The notes under the pieces: model-generated
Told to the model about the DNA's origin: nothing
What the model saw: the letters and a program-made list of their open reading frames with translations, nothing else
Database searches by the model: none
Origin: a virus
Reading direction: 5' to 3' (one strand)
Length of the DNA: 64,000 nt
IMG/VR virus record: IMGVR_UViG_3300036715_003363
Shown here: piece after piece, positions 38,448-46,969 of the stretch
Layout of the letters: each line of letters begins with the position of its first letter
How positions within the stretch are numbered: the stretch's first letter is position 1
Made by a program: the position numbers and the translations under genes

Positions 38448-38522
38448 GGGGCTATAGTTTATTGACTAAAACAGTTGGTTTGCAACCTTCAGAGCGGCGA
38501 GGGAAGCGCTGTAGCTGTACCA
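38448..38522 (+). tRNA. tRNA-Ala(UGC)
   Basis: Loop TTTGCAA, G3:U70 pair, GGGGCTA start, CCA; weak stems. Confidence 0.7.
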
Positions 38523-38527
38523 ATTTC

Positions 38528-38602
38528 GCGTCATTCGTCCATCACCTAGGATACTGCACTTCCAATGCGGGGAAGAGAGGGGAGCACTCTCATGGCGCAC
38601 CA
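38528..38602 (+). tRNA. tRNA-Gly(UCC)
   Basis: CTGCA-CTTCCAA-TGCGG, GCGTCAT/ATGGCGC, CCA. Confidence 0.85.
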
Positions 38603-38614
38603 ATTTAAAACATC

Positions 38615-38755
38615 ATGAGTGATTTAATAATTAAACAGAATGACAATTGTAGAATGTCTGAAGCTGATCGGAAATGGTATCAAGCATATCGCCGAAAATG
38701 TCTAAAGCTTCCAGAATCTAAAAATAAGCAGAGAAAAGGCTGGTATAAATCCTAA
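38615..38755 (+). CDS. Small basic hypothetical peptide (46 aa)
   Basis: ORF filling the gap between tRNAs. Confidence 0.35.
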   Translation: MSDLIIKQNDNCRMSEADRKWYQAYRRKCLKLPESKNKQRKGWYKS

Positions 38756-38776
38756 ATACAGCTATATTCATTTTAC

Positions 38777-38855
38777 GAGTATGTAATGGCAGCGCCTTCT
38801 AAGCGATATGTGCATAATGGAATTAATGCTGGTTCGAATCCAGCCATACTCACCA
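38777..38855 (+). tRNA. tRNA-Arg(UCU)-like, D-arm missing, long variable region
   Basis: GAGTATG/CATACTC + ACCA, GCTGG-TTCGAAT-CCAGC, loop CTTCTAA; only 7 nt between acceptor and anticodon stem. Confidence 0.6.
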
Positions 38856-38947
38856 TTTTTATTCTTTACAAACTGAAAAGTACACCACAAGGTTAAACTT
38901 TATAAAATAAATCTTGACTTTAAATCTATTTTTACTATTATGTATAG

Positions 38948-39568
38948 ATGAACGAAGTAACAGACACTGAAGCAGCATATAAACACAACCTCCGCGGAGA
39001 TCTTGTTCATCGCAATAAGAAAGAAAAGAAGGACACTCTCTATTGCAAAGTTCGTTCATATCTTTTCAACAAATATAATATCTGGAATATCTGGGACCTT
39101 CCTTTCTTTCCATATTCTATGAGATATCGTTGGTATGACTTTGAAGAGAAATGGATCATTCCTTTTTTTTATCCTCAAAATAAACGATATCGTAAAGTTA
39201 TTCCTAAAGTATGGAATGATGTTTCTGGTCTCATTATTATTGTTAACTTTGAATTCATTAAAGGCTTTTATGAGGATGAGTACATGGCTGGAACTGTTGA
39301 CTGGGAGGGCTCAAGCCCATCTCATGTAAAATTTGCAAAGTGGTTGGAGTCCGCTTATGATTATATCACTATTGAAAGACCTGCTCTTCTTAAGCAACAG
39401 GATAATTCTTACCCGCCACTTAAAACTCTTGACGAAATGTTCAATCTTGATTCATATGACGAAAAAGTACAATATGCAGAAGTTCGTCGTATTGAAACCC
39501 TAATTAGCAAAAAAGATACAAAAATCATTACTGAAATGGTAAAGTATAGAGAAATGCTCTGGACATAA
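38948..39568 (+). CDS. Hypothetical phage protein
   Basis: 206 aa ORF with sigma70-like promoter. Confidence 0.7.
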   Translation: MNEVTDTEAAYKHNLRGDLVHRNKKEKKDTLYCKVRSYLFNKYNIWNIWDLPFFPYSMRYRWYDFEEKWIIPFFYPQNKRYRKVIPKVWNDVSGLIIIVNFEFIKGFYEDEYMAGTVDWEGSSPSHVKFAKWLESAYDYITIERPALLKQQDNSYPPLKTLDEMFNLDSYDEKVQYAEVRRIETLISKKDTKIITEMVKYREMLWT

Positions 39569-39571
39569 TTT

Positions 39572-39742
39572 ATGAAAAAGTCTTATAACACACTCCGACG
39601 TAAAAACTTTAATAAGTTTTTTATTAAACATCTTCAACATCTGACACCACTACAAATTAAAAATGCATGTTTTATGTACAATGAGCATTTATTCGAATCA
39701 TCTCACAGAGTAGCGACTGAAGAACTAAACAAAAGATCATGA
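39572..39742 (+). CDS. Hypothetical protein (56 aa)
   Basis: ORF whose TGA overlaps the next ATG. Confidence 0.45.
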   Translation: MKKSYNTLRRKNFNKFFIKHLQHLTPLQIKNACFMYNEHLFESSHRVATEELNKRS

Positions 39743-39948
39743 AAGAGTTTATTTTTATTTTCACTATATACACTACTCCAGTGAGCAACAACATCAATTT
39801 TACTTCTACAGAAAATATAAATAGAGATTTACAAGACAGGTATAATTTAAAATTATGTAAGTCTCTTGTATTAACAGGCGATGTTGAGTCTGAATTTATT
39901 AAGAGTTCAGATCACAGAACATTTACAGCTTTTAAAATTGATTTCTAA
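39739..39948 (+). CDS. Hypothetical protein
   Basis: 69 aa ORF. Confidence 0.5.
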   Translation: MKEFIFIFTIYTTPVSNNINFTSTENINRDLQDRYNLKLCKSLVLTGDVESEFIKSSDHRTFTAFKIDF

Positions 39949-39990
39949 TTAAACATTTGATTTTCACTAAAACAAATTCATAATATTCAT

Positions 39991-40233
39991 ATGGCAATTA
40001 AATCACAATCAACAGAAAGTATTCCAAACACAGACATTGTATATCCTTGGGCAGGCAAACATATAGATAAAAACGGACCTATTGTTTTCTTTCATGCAGA
40101 ATTTAAAGGCATTGTTGTAGATGGCGGCGAAACAAACGCAGGCGCATCTTTTCCAATTGGCACCTATCATGAAGGATGGAGCATGAAGCAGTTTAAAGAA
40201 TATAAAGGTAGAGTAACTCTTTCTTTCGAATAA
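39991..40233 (+). CDS. Hypothetical protein
   Basis: 80 aa ORF. Confidence 0.6.
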   Translation: MAIKSQSTESIPNTDIVYPWAGKHIDKNGPIVFFHAEFKGIVVDGGETNAGASFPIGTYHEGWSMKQFKEYKGRVTLSFE

Positions 40234-40349
40234 TTTTAGTCACGGAAAAAAAGGAAAGACATACCTCGAAATTTACGGAACATCAAATCCTAAATGCGGA
40301 TTCAAAAAGAAAAATTGATTAATCAAAATATTACAGTATAATAAAGATC

Positions 40350-40919
40350 ATGAGCAAGTGGACTATTACAAAGGAAATGGGATTCTGTTATGGACATTCC
40401 GTTTGGAGCCAAGAACTTAATACTGAATACAGTCTCGACGGCAAACTATGCTGTCGTCATATGCACGGCCACGAAGGTCTTATAAGAGTCTCCTTAGCAG
40501 GAACAGAGTTGAATAACGGCATGGTGACAGATTTCAAACACCTTAACTGGTTCAAGAAATGGATAGACGAAGAACTTGATCATAAATTTATTATGGATTT
40601 GAACGATCCCCTTCTTCCTCATGAAGTTCCTATTCTTGCAAATTATTTAGGTGGTATCGATCGTTTACAGCTTTTTGATAAGCTCGATAAACAACCTGAG
40701 GGGCATTACACTATATGGCCTGAATACTACTCTGACTTTCCTCAGAGAGTACAAGAAAAATATGAGGGAATGGTTTTTGTAGATTTTGTTCCTACTTCAG
40801 AACATCTTTCTAAATGGTTATTTGAAATTGTACAAGAGAAGATGTCAAAGATTAATGTAAATGTTGAGAGTCTTCAATTTTATGAGACTCCAAAATCTCA
40901 ATCTGTATACTACAAATAG
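40350..40919 (+). CDS. queD: 6-carboxy-5,6,7,8-tetrahydropterin synthase QueD (QueD2-like long form)
   Basis: FCYGH...CRHMHGH, GMVTDFKHL, LDHKF, PTSEHL, ETPKS. Confidence 0.9.
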   Translation: MSKWTITKEMGFCYGHSVWSQELNTEYSLDGKLCCRHMHGHEGLIRVSLAGTELNNGMVTDFKHLNWFKKWIDEELDHKFIMDLNDPLLPHEVPILANYLGGIDRLQLFDKLDKQPEGHYTIWPEYYSDFPQRVQEKYEGMVFVDFVPTSEHLSKWLFEIVQEKMSKINVNVESLQFYETPKSQSVYYK

Positions 40920-40922
40920 TTT

Positions 40923-41099
40923 ATGAGCATCAACGAAATCATCCAATATCACGAAGAGAAAGCTAAACAGTGTTATACACCTAATAAAGGACGCATTCAC
41001 ACAATGTCTCTTGCAAAAAGATCTAATGCTCACTATCACGATACTATCGTAGCATTCTTAAAAAAGATTGAGAATAGTGTACCTTCAGTTGTAAAATAA
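40923..41099 (+). CDS. Hypothetical protein (58 aa)
   Basis: ORF directly after queD. Confidence 0.45.
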   Translation: MSINEIIQYHEEKAKQCYTPNKGRIHTMSLAKRSNAHYHDTIVAFLKKIENSVPSVVK

Positions 41100-41112
41100 A
41101 TAATACTGAATT

Positions 41113-41277
41113 ATGAAACTATTAACTGTAGATGATCTCAAAGACGAGGAAAGAACGAGATGCGAAATCTGGACAAGAGTCTCCGGATATATTAGACCTA
41201 TAACCGAATTTAACATCGGTAAAAAACAAGAAAGAATTGATAGAAAAAACTTTAAAGAGCAACCAATCAATGAATAG
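41113..41277 (+). CDS. Stand-alone NrdD C-terminal-like peptide (54 aa)
   Basis: RTRCEIWTRVSGYIRPITEFNIGKKQERIDRKNF matches the class III RNR glycyl-radical tail (R-V-x-G-Y). Confidence 0.75.
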   Translation: MKLLTVDDLKDEERTRCEIWTRVSGYIRPITEFNIGKKQERIDRKNFKEQPINE

Positions 41278-41530
41278 CGAAACAGCACTTGGCACCTATA
41301 TCTATATGGGCATGGGCATGATTAGTGGACACACTGTCTGCATGTCAGTTGCGTATAAACTCGATTATAGTGTTAAGAAAGCTCTTCAGTTTGAAAAGGT
41401 TCTTTGTGACGTAATCGGATTAAAGTCAGTATACTTTTTAAAAGTAAATAAGGTTAAGGTAGGCCAGCTAGAGGCTGAAACTTCCTTTACTCGCGAAGAG
41501 TTGGAAGAGTATGTAAAAAGGTTTTCTTAA
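41270..41530 (+). CDS. Hypothetical protein
   Basis: ATG 41270 overlapping upstream stop. Confidence 0.55.
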   Translation: MNSETALGTYIYMGMGMISGHTVCMSVAYKLDYSVKKALQFEKVLCDVIGLKSVYFLKVNKVKVGQLEAETSFTREELEEYVKRFS

Positions 41531-41532
41531 AT

Positions 41533-41697
41533 ATGATCGCGAAAGATTACGACATTATTTTTTTTATCAGATGGATAGCTATAATATTATTTTGGTTATT
41601 CATTGGATTGCTTTTGTTAATAGTTATGATTATTGGCCCTTTCTACAGACTTTTCGGTCCTAAAGATACTACTCTTACAGATTCGGAAGATTTCTGA
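41533..41697 (+). CDS. Small membrane protein (54 aa)
   Basis: Long hydrophobic stretch WIAIILFWLFIGLLLLIVMIIG. Confidence 0.45.
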   Translation: MIAKDYDIIFFIRWIAIILFWLFIGLLLLIVMIIGPFYRLFGPKDTTLTDSEDF

Positions 41698-41765
41698 TTT
41701 ATCTAGCTTGTACAGAAATAGTTTGCACTTCCTAATAGGAGTAGCTATAATTAATAGATAATAAC

Positions 41766-41859
41766 GGAAGGTACGTGAATGCCGCTTTTTCACATCTGTT
41801 TGCTAAACAGACGATAGTCTAAAAGCTATCCGTGGGTTGAACTCCCACACCTTCCTCCA
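41766..41859 (+). tRNA. tRNA-Ser(GCU)
   Basis: TCTGT-TTGCTAA-ACAGA, long variable arm, GGAAGGT/ACCTTCC, U73, CCA. Confidence 0.85.
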
Positions 41860-41862
41860 TTT

Positions 41863-41937
41863 GTACCTGAAGCTAAAGGCTCGAAGCAGTTGGCTGCAAC
41901 CCTTCTCTACTCAGTTGAAGTCTGAGCAGGTACTCCA
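41863..41937 (+). tRNA. tRNA-Cys(GCA)
   Basis: Loop CTGCAAC, GTACCTG/CAGGTAC, U73, CCA. Confidence 0.85.
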
Positions 41938-41951
41938 ATTTTACATTTTAT

Positions 41952-42040
41952 GGCAGATTAAACAGGGCGGCCCCTGTCTCTCACTTGAAATGAGACGGTA
42001 CCCTTAAACAAGGTATGGCGATCGACACGTCAGTCTGCTT
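41952..42040 (+). tRNA. tRNA-Ser(UGA)-like with tRNA-Sec-type D arm, no encoded CCA
   Basis: ACAGGG-CGGC-CCCTGT 6-bp D stem, TCTCA-CTTGAAA-TGAGA, long variable arm, GGCAGATT/AGTCTGCT acceptor. Confidence 0.6.
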
Positions 42041-42081
42041 GAGCTTAAAATCTATAATATTAGTTATTATATTAAGAAATT

Positions 42082-42216
42082 CTATAGAGAGTTTTCTAAC
42101 TGAACTCTTCCGTAAATAGGCTCGTAGTGAAAAATACCATTTAATTCAAATGCTAATTTTAGCTTTGGTATGAAGATATCTAGTTCAGAACTAATTGCAT
42201 CTTTACAATTAAATAA
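42082..42216 (-). pseudogene. Relic of Vsr/PD-(D/E)XK-type (homing) endonuclease C-terminal domain
   Basis: LFNCKDAISSELDIFIPKLKLAFELNGIFHYEPIYG then early TAG; 5' part replaced by tRNA-Ser(GGA). Confidence 0.6.
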
Positions 42217-42224
42217 ACAATAAC

Positions 42225-42314
42225 GGAAAGTTAACCTCATTGGATGAGGCCAATGCTGGAAACATTGTGGAGTTCCTCAAAAGGCTTAGAGCTCGATTCT
42301 CTAGCTTTCTTCCA
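42225..42314 (+). tRNA. tRNA-Ser(GGA)
   Basis: CAATG-CTGGAAA-CATTG, long variable arm, U73, CCA. Confidence 0.85.
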
Positions 42315-42315
42315 T

Positions 42316-42489
42316 TTAATTAATCCTAAGAGCAAGACTGTATTGGTGGTTAATCTGCTCTTGTTGACATCCGCCGTACAGCACATGTGAGTGAATAATT
42401 CCTCTAAGAGTGTTTATAATATACTCATCACTATTTCCTTTCTCGCGTAGTATTCGTATTAAATCAGAAACTGTTATTGACTCTTTCAT
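42316..42489 (-). CDS. Hypothetical protein (57 aa)
   Basis: MKESITVSDLIRILREKG...; TAAATA upstream on minus strand. Confidence 0.5.
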   Translation of the reverse strand: MKESITVSDLIRILREKGNSDEYIINTLRGIIHSHVLYGGCQQEQINHQYSLALRIN

Positions 42490-42612
42490 ATTTAGTATTT
42501 AATAAAAAATACTTTCATTTTAGGGTTGCAGTTTGGGGAACAAAAAAAGTTTTGCCTAATTCCTCAAGGTTGGGTTGCCTAATCAATAATATATAAAATT
42601 AATATAAGTATT

Positions 42613-42978
42613 ATGATGAGAGTTGTAGTACTTTTTCTTTGTCTATTACTAATTGGGTGTTCGACACCTCCAATAAAGCCTCCTACGATTGTGGGAAAAT
42701 ACGGAATGGCTTGTTTGCCAGAAGCAATTGAAATGTCATCTGCTCTTAGTAAAGCTGGAATTGTATCTGATGTAATTATTTTTTATACTGATCAGAGAAG
42801 TCATGCAATATGTGTTTATATGTATCCACCTGGTGCAAATAAGATTTGGGGATGGGACAGCACATACGGAAGTACAGTACTTAGAGCTTGGTGGAATGAT
42901 CCAGAATCAGAGGCGAAATCTTGGCTTTTTAAAAATGGAGGCACTTATGAAATATTTAGATGGGCAGAAAAACCGTGA
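42613..42978 (+). CDS. Lipoprotein
   Basis: MMRVVVLFLCLLLIG-C lipobox. Confidence 0.7.
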   Translation: MMRVVVLFLCLLLIGCSTPPIKPPTIVGKYGMACLPEAIEMSSALSKAGIVSDVIIFYTDQRSHAICVYMYPPGANKIWGWDSTYGSTVLRAWWNDPESEAKSWLFKNGGTYEIFRWAEKP

Positions 42979-43126
42979 ATGATAAATATTTCAATAGAAT
43001 TTTAATTGCGTCAGTTCTTGTTTTTTAATATGTTTTTACTTTTTAGTGAGTGGGCCGCCAATTGAGTTTACTGACGTGAGGATGAAAGGTCTCCCACAGG
43101 GATGCATGATATATGCAATCTCTTAA
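42975..43126 (+). pseudogene. Possible frameshifted relic paralog of upstream lipoprotein
   Basis: Hydrophobic N-terminus broken at a T6 run, then GLPQGCMIYAIS resembling GMACLPEAI, early stop. Confidence 0.3.
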
Positions 43127-43184
43127 CAATGTTACAGATGAAGAGAATTAATTTAAAGTGCTTTGAGATTTATTAAGTAATTGC

Positions 43185-43388
43185 ATGAATACTCCAATTG
43201 ATCACAATAATGATAGATGGATTGGATTTCATTTGTCAGAACTAGATGCTCAGAAAGCTCTTGAAGCAGCCACCGTAAAACAAGCGAAAAAATATAGAAT
43301 TGTTTCTGCGTCGAAGACTCTACTCGCTAAGAAAAAAGGAGATCTTCTCATGTATAAGTTCGCTATTATCAAAACTCCGCGCTTTTAA
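43185..43388 (+). CDS. Hypothetical protein
   Basis: 67 aa ORF. Confidence 0.55.
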   Translation: MNTPIDHNNDRWIGFHLSELDAQKALEAATVKQAKKYRIVSASKTLLAKKKGDLLMYKFAIIKTPRF

Positions 43389-43427
43389 GCTTGTATTATT
43401 ATATAATAGCATCTACAATCAATTGAA

Positions 43428-43943
43428 ATGAATGATATAAAGATACTTTTTAGCAAAACTGTAATACGAAAACGTGTTCTAGAGCTTGCAAAAGTGATTA
43501 ATGCTGACTACAAGAACAAAGAAATTATGGTTATTCCTGTACTTGAAGGAGGAATGTTTTTTGCTGCTGATCTTATCAGAGAGCTCAAGATGCCTCTCAC
43601 TGTACACACAATCAATGTTTCGAGCTATCATGGCAAGGAAGTTTCCTCCGGCCATATTGATATGAAACAAGCTATAGTACCATTTTGTAATCATAAAAAC
43701 ATACTAATAATTGATGACATATTCGACACTGGTCTGACTATGTCAACATTGAAAAACATGTTTAAACTTGCAGGATCAGATAGCATAAAAACATGCACAC
43801 TATTAAATAAGCAAATAGTTAGAAAAATTAATACAGAACCAGACTATTACGGATTTAAAATTAAGAACGAATTTGTCATTGGTTACGGACTTGATCTCAA
43901 CAGCTTCTACAGAAACCTACCCTATGTTGGTATAAAACGATGA
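43428..43943 (+). CDS. hpt: Hypoxanthine(-guanine) phosphoribosyltransferase
   Basis: PVLEGGMFFAADL, LIIDDIFDTGLT PRPP loop, FVIGYGLD...YRNLPYVG. Confidence 0.92.
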   Translation: MNDIKILFSKTVIRKRVLELAKVINADYKNKEIMVIPVLEGGMFFAADLIRELKMPLTVHTINVSSYHGKEVSSGHIDMKQAIVPFCNHKNILIIDDIFDTGLTMSTLKNMFKLAGSDSIKTCTLLNKQIVRKINTEPDYYGFKIKNEFVIGYGLDLNSFYRNLPYVGIKR

Positions 43944-44551
43944 GTATCAACAAATTATATAAAGAAACAGTCTTAGTATTAAACAAGAACTGGCAAGCAG
44001 TTCACGTTTATAATCCCGCTGACGCACTATCAGAAATGTTTAATGGAGGCGTTATTGGTTTACACATTGACTGCAAGACTGGCGACATGATTCCCTTAAA
44101 GTGGAAGGATTGGGTTGCTCTTCCTTTCGATGAGAGCAGTGATTACATTTCAACTGTTCACGGAAAAATTAAATACCCAAGAGTCGTAATTCTCAAAAGC
44201 TTTGCTCAAGTACCAAAGAGGAAGATTAAGTTCTCTCTTCGAGGAATCTGGGACAGAGACAAGAATATTTGTGCTTATACTGGCGTAAAGCTTACTTCAA
44301 AGACTGGTAATGTTGACCACATTATACCTCGGTCTAGAGGAGGCAGAACAACTTGGAAAAATTGTGTTCTTTCTCACAAGGACGTGAATGCAAAGAAGGC
44401 TGATAAAACTCCTTCAGAGGCTGGTCTCCAGCTACTTAGATCTCCAGCTGAGCCAATGGCAGTGCCGGCGACTATGACGATTAAGAATAAGCATAACATT
44501 CCCGAATGGAAGATGGTTCTTGAGTATGACGGTTATGTTAAAGCTGATTAA
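43940..44551 (+). CDS. HNH endonuclease (McrA-like)
   Basis: VLVLNKNWQAV, RDKNICAYTG, VDHIIPRSRGG..TWKNCV...NAKKADKTPSEAG. Confidence 0.88.
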   Translation: MSINKLYKETVLVLNKNWQAVHVYNPADALSEMFNGGVIGLHIDCKTGDMIPLKWKDWVALPFDESSDYISTVHGKIKYPRVVILKSFAQVPKRKIKFSLRGIWDRDKNICAYTGVKLTSKTGNVDHIIPRSRGGRTTWKNCVLSHKDVNAKKADKTPSEAGLQLLRSPAEPMAVPATMTIKNKHNIPEWKMVLEYDGYVKAD

Positions 44552-44560
44552 GCTGATATC

Positions 44561-45439
44561 TTAACCAAAGTCTACGCCGTGATCAGGTCCGCTACCAGAG
44601 GCTTTATAGTCATCCATGGCGCTCTTATAATACTTGTCAAAAGTATCATGCTCAACGTCTCTCATGTTTTCAGTGTCAGGCTCAAGAGCTGAAATAGTAT
44701 CATTACCTTTCTGTCTGGTGCCGGTAAGTACTCCTTTTGCGATGAGTTTGTTAAGAATGCTTGTAACTTTCCTATCGTTTAGATCTTTTCTATTATCAAG
44801 TTTGATTTCACCAGAGAGATAATCTAGAAGATCTGCTCCAGTATATACAGATCCTTTATCAACAATCTCGTAAATTCTACGCTCAGCGTCCTCTAGTGAG
44901 CCAGCACGAACCTCATCTTCAAAAGTATAGTCAATTGTTGAAGATGGTGTAAAGCGATTGATTGCTGAAGATTTTTTTGGAGCTTCATCTGAACTCTCAA
45001 CATCCTCTCCGCCTTCAGCAGAGACTTCTGATACAACTTCTTCAGTCTCCTCTTCAGAAGGTTCGTGAGAAAGCTTTATTCCTCCATCACGTTCATCAGT
45101 AATAATACCAGCTGATTTAAGAGCATTATGTAGCACGCGCGCAGCATACTTTGCGTTAGTTCCTGACAGAGGCTTTACTGATTTAATTGCATTAACAATG
45201 TCTTGCTCTTGGAACTCTTTATATGTCTTATCAGAATGGCCTCCAGCTTCGCGAAGACCGCTTACAATTTCTTCGAGAGCAGCTTTTGTTTCTTCTGGCG
45301 TCAGTGAGTATTTACCTTCTGATTTGACTGGAAATTCTGCAGGAGCTTCTCCTCCTGTACCTTCATACCCTGGCACAATATCAATAGGTGAGTATTCCTT
45401 TAGAAGGTTTTCGTAAATTGAGTCGAACTTTTTAGACAT
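44561..45439 (-). CDS. Acidic late protein (possible head-internal protein)
   Basis: MSKKFDSIYENLLKE N-terminus; TAAATA-like upstream. Confidence 0.6.
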   Translation of the reverse strand: MSKKFDSIYENLLKEYSPIDIVPGYEGTGGEAPAEFPVKSEGKYSLTPEETKAALEEIVSGLREAGGHSDKTYKEFQEQDIVNAIKSVKPLSGTNAKYAARVLHNALKSAGIITDERDGGIKLSHEPSEEETEEVVSEVSAEGGEDVESSDEAPKKSSAINRFTPSSTIDYTFEDEVRAGSLEDAERRIYEIVDKGSVYTGADLLDYLSGEIKLDNRKDLNDRKVTSILNKLIAKGVLTGTRQKGNDTISALEPDTENMRDVEHDTFDKYYKSAMDDYKASGSGPDHGVDFG

Positions 45440-45462
45440 ATAGATTATTTAGGTTATTTAGG

Positions 45463-45717
45463 CTATTTAGCAATGGAAATGTAGTTGAATTCAATTGCTT
45501 TTACATATTCTGATCTAACGTTGCTCGTCACACACTTAGGACAAAGCTGATAAATTTTTCTAATTTTGTCGAGTCCAAGAGAGCCTCTACCATAACACTT
45601 CTTACAGCTACTATTTGGCTCTTTTTTGAGAGGAATTTCTCCTTCACATAGATTCTTAAGCTCTTCTTCTCGGAGTTTATATATCTCTCCACTGTATGCG
45701 TTATATATATTAATCAT
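45463..45717 (-). CDS. Zinc-finger protein
   Basis: CKKCYGRG...CPKC. Confidence 0.6.
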   Translation of the reverse strand: MINIYNAYSGEIYKLREEELKNLCEGEIPLKKEPNSSCKKCYGRGSLGLDKIRKIYQLCPKCVTSNVRSEYVKAIEFNYISIAK

Positions 45718-46085
45718 TTTAATGAAATTTCTAAAATATTATTATAGTATTGAGTTGGATTAATGCCACGTATTCTTATTGCGTTTAGTCTTTCTTCAGT
45801 TTCTTTATTATTACCAGCAAGGGAACTAATTCGGTAATCAAAATATATAATTCCGTCTTCAAGATGATGTTCTGTTTTAAATGGAATTGGAATCTCAAAA
45901 TTTTCTTTATTATCTCTACCATTAAGCATTGTAAAGATAATATGAAAATGAGCTCGCTTAAACAAAAGTAATCTACCTTTCTTAATTTGTTTCTTGCCTA
46001 ATTGAAAAATGATAGTGCTCTGCAAAGCGTTTGAGAAGAAGGTTTCACCTGGAATGTAGTCAACAATGGAAAAGTCTGTAATCAT
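45714..46085 (-). CDS. Hypothetical protein
   Basis: 123 aa, coupled. Confidence 0.65.
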   Translation of the reverse strand: MITDFSIVDYIPGETFFSNALQSTIIFQLGKKQIKKGRLLLFKRAHFHIIFTMLNGRDNKENFEIPIPFKTEHHLEDGIIYFDYRISSLAGNNKETEERLNAIRIRGINPTQYYNNILEISLK

Positions 46086-46088
46086 ATT

Positions 46089-46475
46089 TTAGGAATTCAT
46101 AAAGGTTAATTTTTGATCTGGCGGCATTGGAGCAATACTGACTCCGAAGTATGCCCACCACTGAGTCGGTGAAGGTTGAGTGCTAATGACTGAAACAACA
46201 TCAACTTCATTGCAGTTAATTGCTCTAAAGTTTTGCATGAATAAATCCCACGCAATGACAAGATTTTTTGCGGCTGCGTTATAGGGAAGCATTCCATGAG
46301 GAGGATTAAAGTTTAGAATATTCCTACCAAGAGCGGAGTTGAGGAGCATTCGATCATTTGTGCAGAGCATACGACGAAAATCACTGTAGCCTTGTTTTTC
46401 GATTCTTCTTCGAAATTTAAGCTCTACTACACTTTTTGCGAGTAAGAGAGCCAATGATGATCGGCTCACTCTCAT
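46089..46475 (-). CDS. WYL-like/SH3 beta-barrel protein
   Basis: VVELKFRRR...RRMLCT...VIAWDLFMQNFRAI; same motif as 21049-21345. Confidence 0.6.
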   Translation of the reverse strand: MRVSRSSLALLLAKSVVELKFRRRIEKQGYSDFRRMLCTNDRMLLNSALGRNILNFNPPHGMLPYNAAAKNLVIAWDLFMQNFRAINCNEVDVVSVISTQPSPTQWWAYFGVSIAPMPPDQKLTFMNS

Positions 46476-46897
46476 TATTTCTTTTTATTTACCTTCTTAG
46501 GAGTCTCTACTCTCGATACTGGCTTACAGATGCCAAAAATACGATCTTCATTTAAGAATACGTGCATTTGTCCGTCCTTCTGAATGCCTTTAATTCCTTT
46601 ATCTCCTGGAAAGATTATATAGTTGTCTGCTTTAACTTGTTTACAATCAGGCCCTGCAAGGACTACTCTTCCGACTCGCCAGCTGCGATTGTCAACAACA
46701 CTTACTGGGAGTACAATTCCATTTCGAATTAGGCTTCTGCCATCTGATGATACATCAGCGTAAACAACTTCAATTACATCGCCGAGCAGCTCAACAATTT
46801 CAAAATCCTCTGGGAGCGGATAACTTTCATACTGATCAATATCAGCAAGACCGTTGTTAATTCTTGGTAGTTCGTGCGGATGAATACTGTGTGCCAT
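46475..46897 (-). CDS. groES: GroES-like co-chaperonin (T4 gp31 analogue)
   Basis: LLGDVIEV...GIVLP...GRVVLAGPDCKQVKADNYIIF...FLNEDRIFGI. Confidence 0.8.
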   Translation of the reverse strand: MAHSIHPHELPRINNGLADIDQYESYPLPEDFEIVELLGDVIEVVYADVSSDGRSLIRNGIVLPVSVVDNRSWRVGRVVLAGPDCKQVKADNYIIFPGDKGIKGIQKDGQMHVFLNEDRIFGICKPVSRVETPKKVNKKK

Positions 46898-46969
46898 ATG
46901 AAGTTAATTATGATATATACATCCGACCTGCAACTACATATCATCAATTACATCACTAAATGTTTATCT

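Noticed and set aside
41952-42040. True selenocysteine tRNA
   Set aside because: The loop is CTTGAAA (anticodon UGA, Ser), not CTTCAAA, and no sel genes are seen
37402-42314. Suppressor tRNA / stop-codon reassignment
   Set aside because: No CUA, UUA or UCA anticodon in a well-formed tRNA; known genes (phoH, queC, hpt, rnh) are full length under the standard code
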